Sequence record: PP355768.1
Direction: 5' to 3' (one strand)
Length of the DNA stretch: 64,000 bases
The position numbers and the translations under genes are program-made. The notes below the pieces were generated by a model. It was not told where the DNA came from. It saw nothing but the letters and a program-made list of their open reading frames with translations, and ran no database searches. Every line of letters starts with the position of its first letter. Within the stretch, counting starts at the first letter, position 1. This document shows, in pieces, positions 62,701-64,000 of the stretch.

Positions 62701-64000
62701 ATCCCTTGACGAGATACGTAGTGCCTTGGAGATACCCTGGTTAGTTGGCCCAGAAACGTCCTGTAAAGACCCCGGCCATGAACCTTTATTACCGTTTTCG
62801 AAGGTGTTAGTGATAACCATCTCGTAACTTTTGGCCAGGAACACCTTAGTTACCGCAAAACGCTTGGTAATTGCTCCATATTTTGGATGAGTAGCCTTAA
62901 CGTCCACCCAACCTTCAGTAACATCGGTTCCGTCTGACATACCAGTAACGGAGTAGTTTCCATTCGAAGAGTTGATGCTAGGAGTTACGTTACTTCTTCC
63001 GCCCTCAGAGAAAGTGCACTGACCAGTAACATCGGTGCTTCCGTACCAAACTCTCATCTGACCTTTGGCGTTTTCGTAGCTCTGGCAATACCCGGAGTAG
63101 TTAGCAAGTACCGTAGCCGCCTCATTTGTCATAACAGCGGTCAACACGTTCTCGCCGTCCTGCAAACGAACCACCGTAATCTGATCAGACAAACCATCAC
63201 AGGTTGCTGTTACCGTAACCCACTTAGAAGTGCCGAAGTTCGCAGCGGTTAGCTGACGGTTATCTCCGGAGTTCATCAGTGTTACTGCAGCTCCCTTATC
63301 GTTTACAGCACTCCACGTGATCCCTGCAGTGGTATTCTGTTTTAGTCCCTTGAACAGAATAGTAGAGGCAGATTTAATGTCCCCAACAGTATCGTACACA
63401 AATGACTGGTAATCTGACGTTAGAGCGAACCCTTTAGCGTTCTCTCCCGCGTTACCTTTCGGACCTTGTGGACCTTGTGGGCCAGTAGCACCAGTATCCC
63501 CTTTGTTACCCTGAGGACCCTGAGAACCAGTGGCACCAGTAGCACCAGTGTTACCCTGTGGACCTTGTGGACCAGTAGCACCATCTTTACCCATAGCATC
63601 GCTAGGATGAATAACGTAGGCCGTAACGTATGCTCCCAGCTCAAGTTTACCACGGCTTAACACGTTGGTGGAGTTGGCTGCGTTGACAGACCAGCGTAGT
63701 GAAATATGGGTTGTGGCAGCACCGGTGGTGATAGTCAAGCTCTGGCGTCCTGCCGTAGAGGTCATCACACTATTAGTTCTAGCGAAGTTTGCCCCATTAC
63801 CATTGTCGAACTGCATAACAAACAGTCTAGTAGGAACAGCCGTTTCAAGGTCAAACGATACTGTATACTTAGTATTTGGCTGCACTTCGATGAAGTGAGT
63901 ACCAGTACCTTGATACGGGTTGGTGTATCCGTCTGTAGAACCCGTAGTGGTAATACGGAAGCGCATTTGCTCCTCGTTTTTACTCATAGAGGAACCCGTC
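59710..64000 (-). CDS. Central tail fibre (pb4-like) with collagen linkers and duplicated modules; 5'-truncated by the window
   Basis: Frame stays open to the window end (ACG GGT TCC TCT before the track ATG); four GXY blocks; C-terminal [12 protein letters not shown]. Confidence 0.75.
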   Translation of the reverse strand, partial: TGSSMSKNEEQMRFRITTTGSTDGYTNPYQGTGTHFIEVQPNTKYTVSFDLETAVPTRLFVMQFDNGNGANFARTNSVMTSTAGRQSLTITTGAATTHISLRWSVNAANSTNVLSRGKLELGAYVTAYVIHPSDAMGKDGATGPQGPQGNTGATGATGSQGPQGNKGDTGATGPQGPQGPKGNAGENAKGFALTSDYQSFVYDTVGDIKSASTILFKGLKQNTTAGITWSAVNDKGAAVTLMNSGDNRQLTAANFGTSKWVTVTATCDGLSDQITVVRLQDGENVLTAVMTNEAATVLANYSGYCQSYENAKGQMRVWYGSTDVTGQCTFSEGGRSNVTPSINSSNGNYSVTGMSDGTDVTEGWVDVKATHPKYGAITKRFAVTKVFLAKSYEMVITNTFENGNKGSWPGSLQDVSGPTNQGISKALRISSRDNLEGRNTIPVVGGQKVRIRFWYNPIGLEEAHFRVGFIVHRKDGNRGYPSRTVLTGPASNSSWAYFDQELTLGSADEGIAWPWFQLDNKTTGASLGYMLVADIHFEDLSMDGADGATGPQGPQGNTGATGPQGNKGDTGPQGPQGPAGASVGVQWSKTGNASDWHTTYATGDIYMRQQVNGVWSSAIRAVGEDGQVGADGKYTSLRFQVAATKPAKPTGNAPVNWSDAPPSGSPLWMVKGEFNSSNQLQGTWSDPVRLDGETVNLNLFSSKAWIASITGASGSGSTVAKNPDELRLRITAGSGANDAYTIPSSGDGTFFTKVSAGKRYTMSFDTDSALEMRMHVFFIQAGANTTTTAFSWIASTTAGKTSWSFTVPAGCDRVSVRVSLNNNPGGTNVVSNIKLEEGDFATAFIRNELDTIGADGSQGPQGPQGSKGDKGDTGATGPQGPQGPNGTSAKAFALTSDSLSFSFDTSGNLKSNGTIKIDSWRQNTTAAITWTAKNQAGSNITLGGTATNKTITSAQFGSSEYVTVTATCDGITDSITIVRLQDGVNSLVGYLTNEAANLSCNSYGFVQNWDGTTGNFKVFYGTVDVTSQCTFGVGDKSNINGNIGSSGYYAPSAMPNGLEITSGWVDYTATHPKYGTVTKRYTLKKNLPGIGYDRVFTGSFDSGNNGSWGRPVVDIASGTPGGHTKAIQCTSRDTMEANNWFPTRKGMSYRVTAWVNNSEGEYQLRLGLHCQNASGSVNTAWPAQPVASAKDPEGWKLVSTVVTVTDGGSAETGRARPFIQMNGGAAPFGNAYVAAIAIEDLSMDGADGATGPQGPQGNTGATGPTGPQGSKGDTGPQGPQGNKGDKGDTGPQGPAGSSGAKGERGPGFYTQAISNLTAWNDTQAAAFFQSTFAGPPVKYDVLTQYKSGSPQNSWTRQWNGSAWTAPALTVHGDMIVSGSITADKIIANNAFLAQIGVDILYNRAAALSSNPEGTYTMKIDLANGYIHIR

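Noticed and set aside
60110-63600. Short GGACCTTGTGG repeats as a CRISPR array or DGR
   Set aside because: They are in-frame Gly-Pro-Gln collagen codons; no spacers, cas genes or reverse transcriptase

Overview
Internal 64-kb segment of a T5-like lytic phage genome (Demerecviridae), recognised from gene order and protein motifs. Bases 1-31.2 kb are transcribed leftward. They carry thioredoxin, the lysis cassette (endolysin, holin, spanins), a ClpP-like protein, dNMP kinase, many small hypothetical ORFs, a ~10.5-kb region with 26 tRNA genes, a SleB-like hydrolase, a DEDDh exonuclease, RNase H, thy, frd, nrdB, nrdA and phoH. Bases 31.5-57.2 kb are transcribed rightward. They carry nrdD, Sir2, obp, D2, D3, a split NAD-dependent ligase, D5, helicase, primase, polymerase, D10-D15 and dUTPase. 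The last ~6.8 kb are leftward tail genes (L-fibre, p132-like collar, and a greatly expanded pb4-like fibre cut by the window edge). I saw no integrase, CRISPR array, intron, intein or HNH homing endonuclease. The main unexplained signal is non-coding. Interleaved with the real tRNAs are about 17 ORF-free, helix-rich elements. They include anticodon-less tRNA mimics (one with the G3:U70/A73 alanine identity and an encoded CCA), a tRNA circularly permuted at the anticodon (YrlA-like topology), a CCA-ended microhelix, and a promoter-driven ~1.28-kb structured RNA with an embedded tRNA-like domain. A second ~470-nt structured RNA lies between a consensus promoter and obp. All folds were derived by eye; no folding or database search was run.
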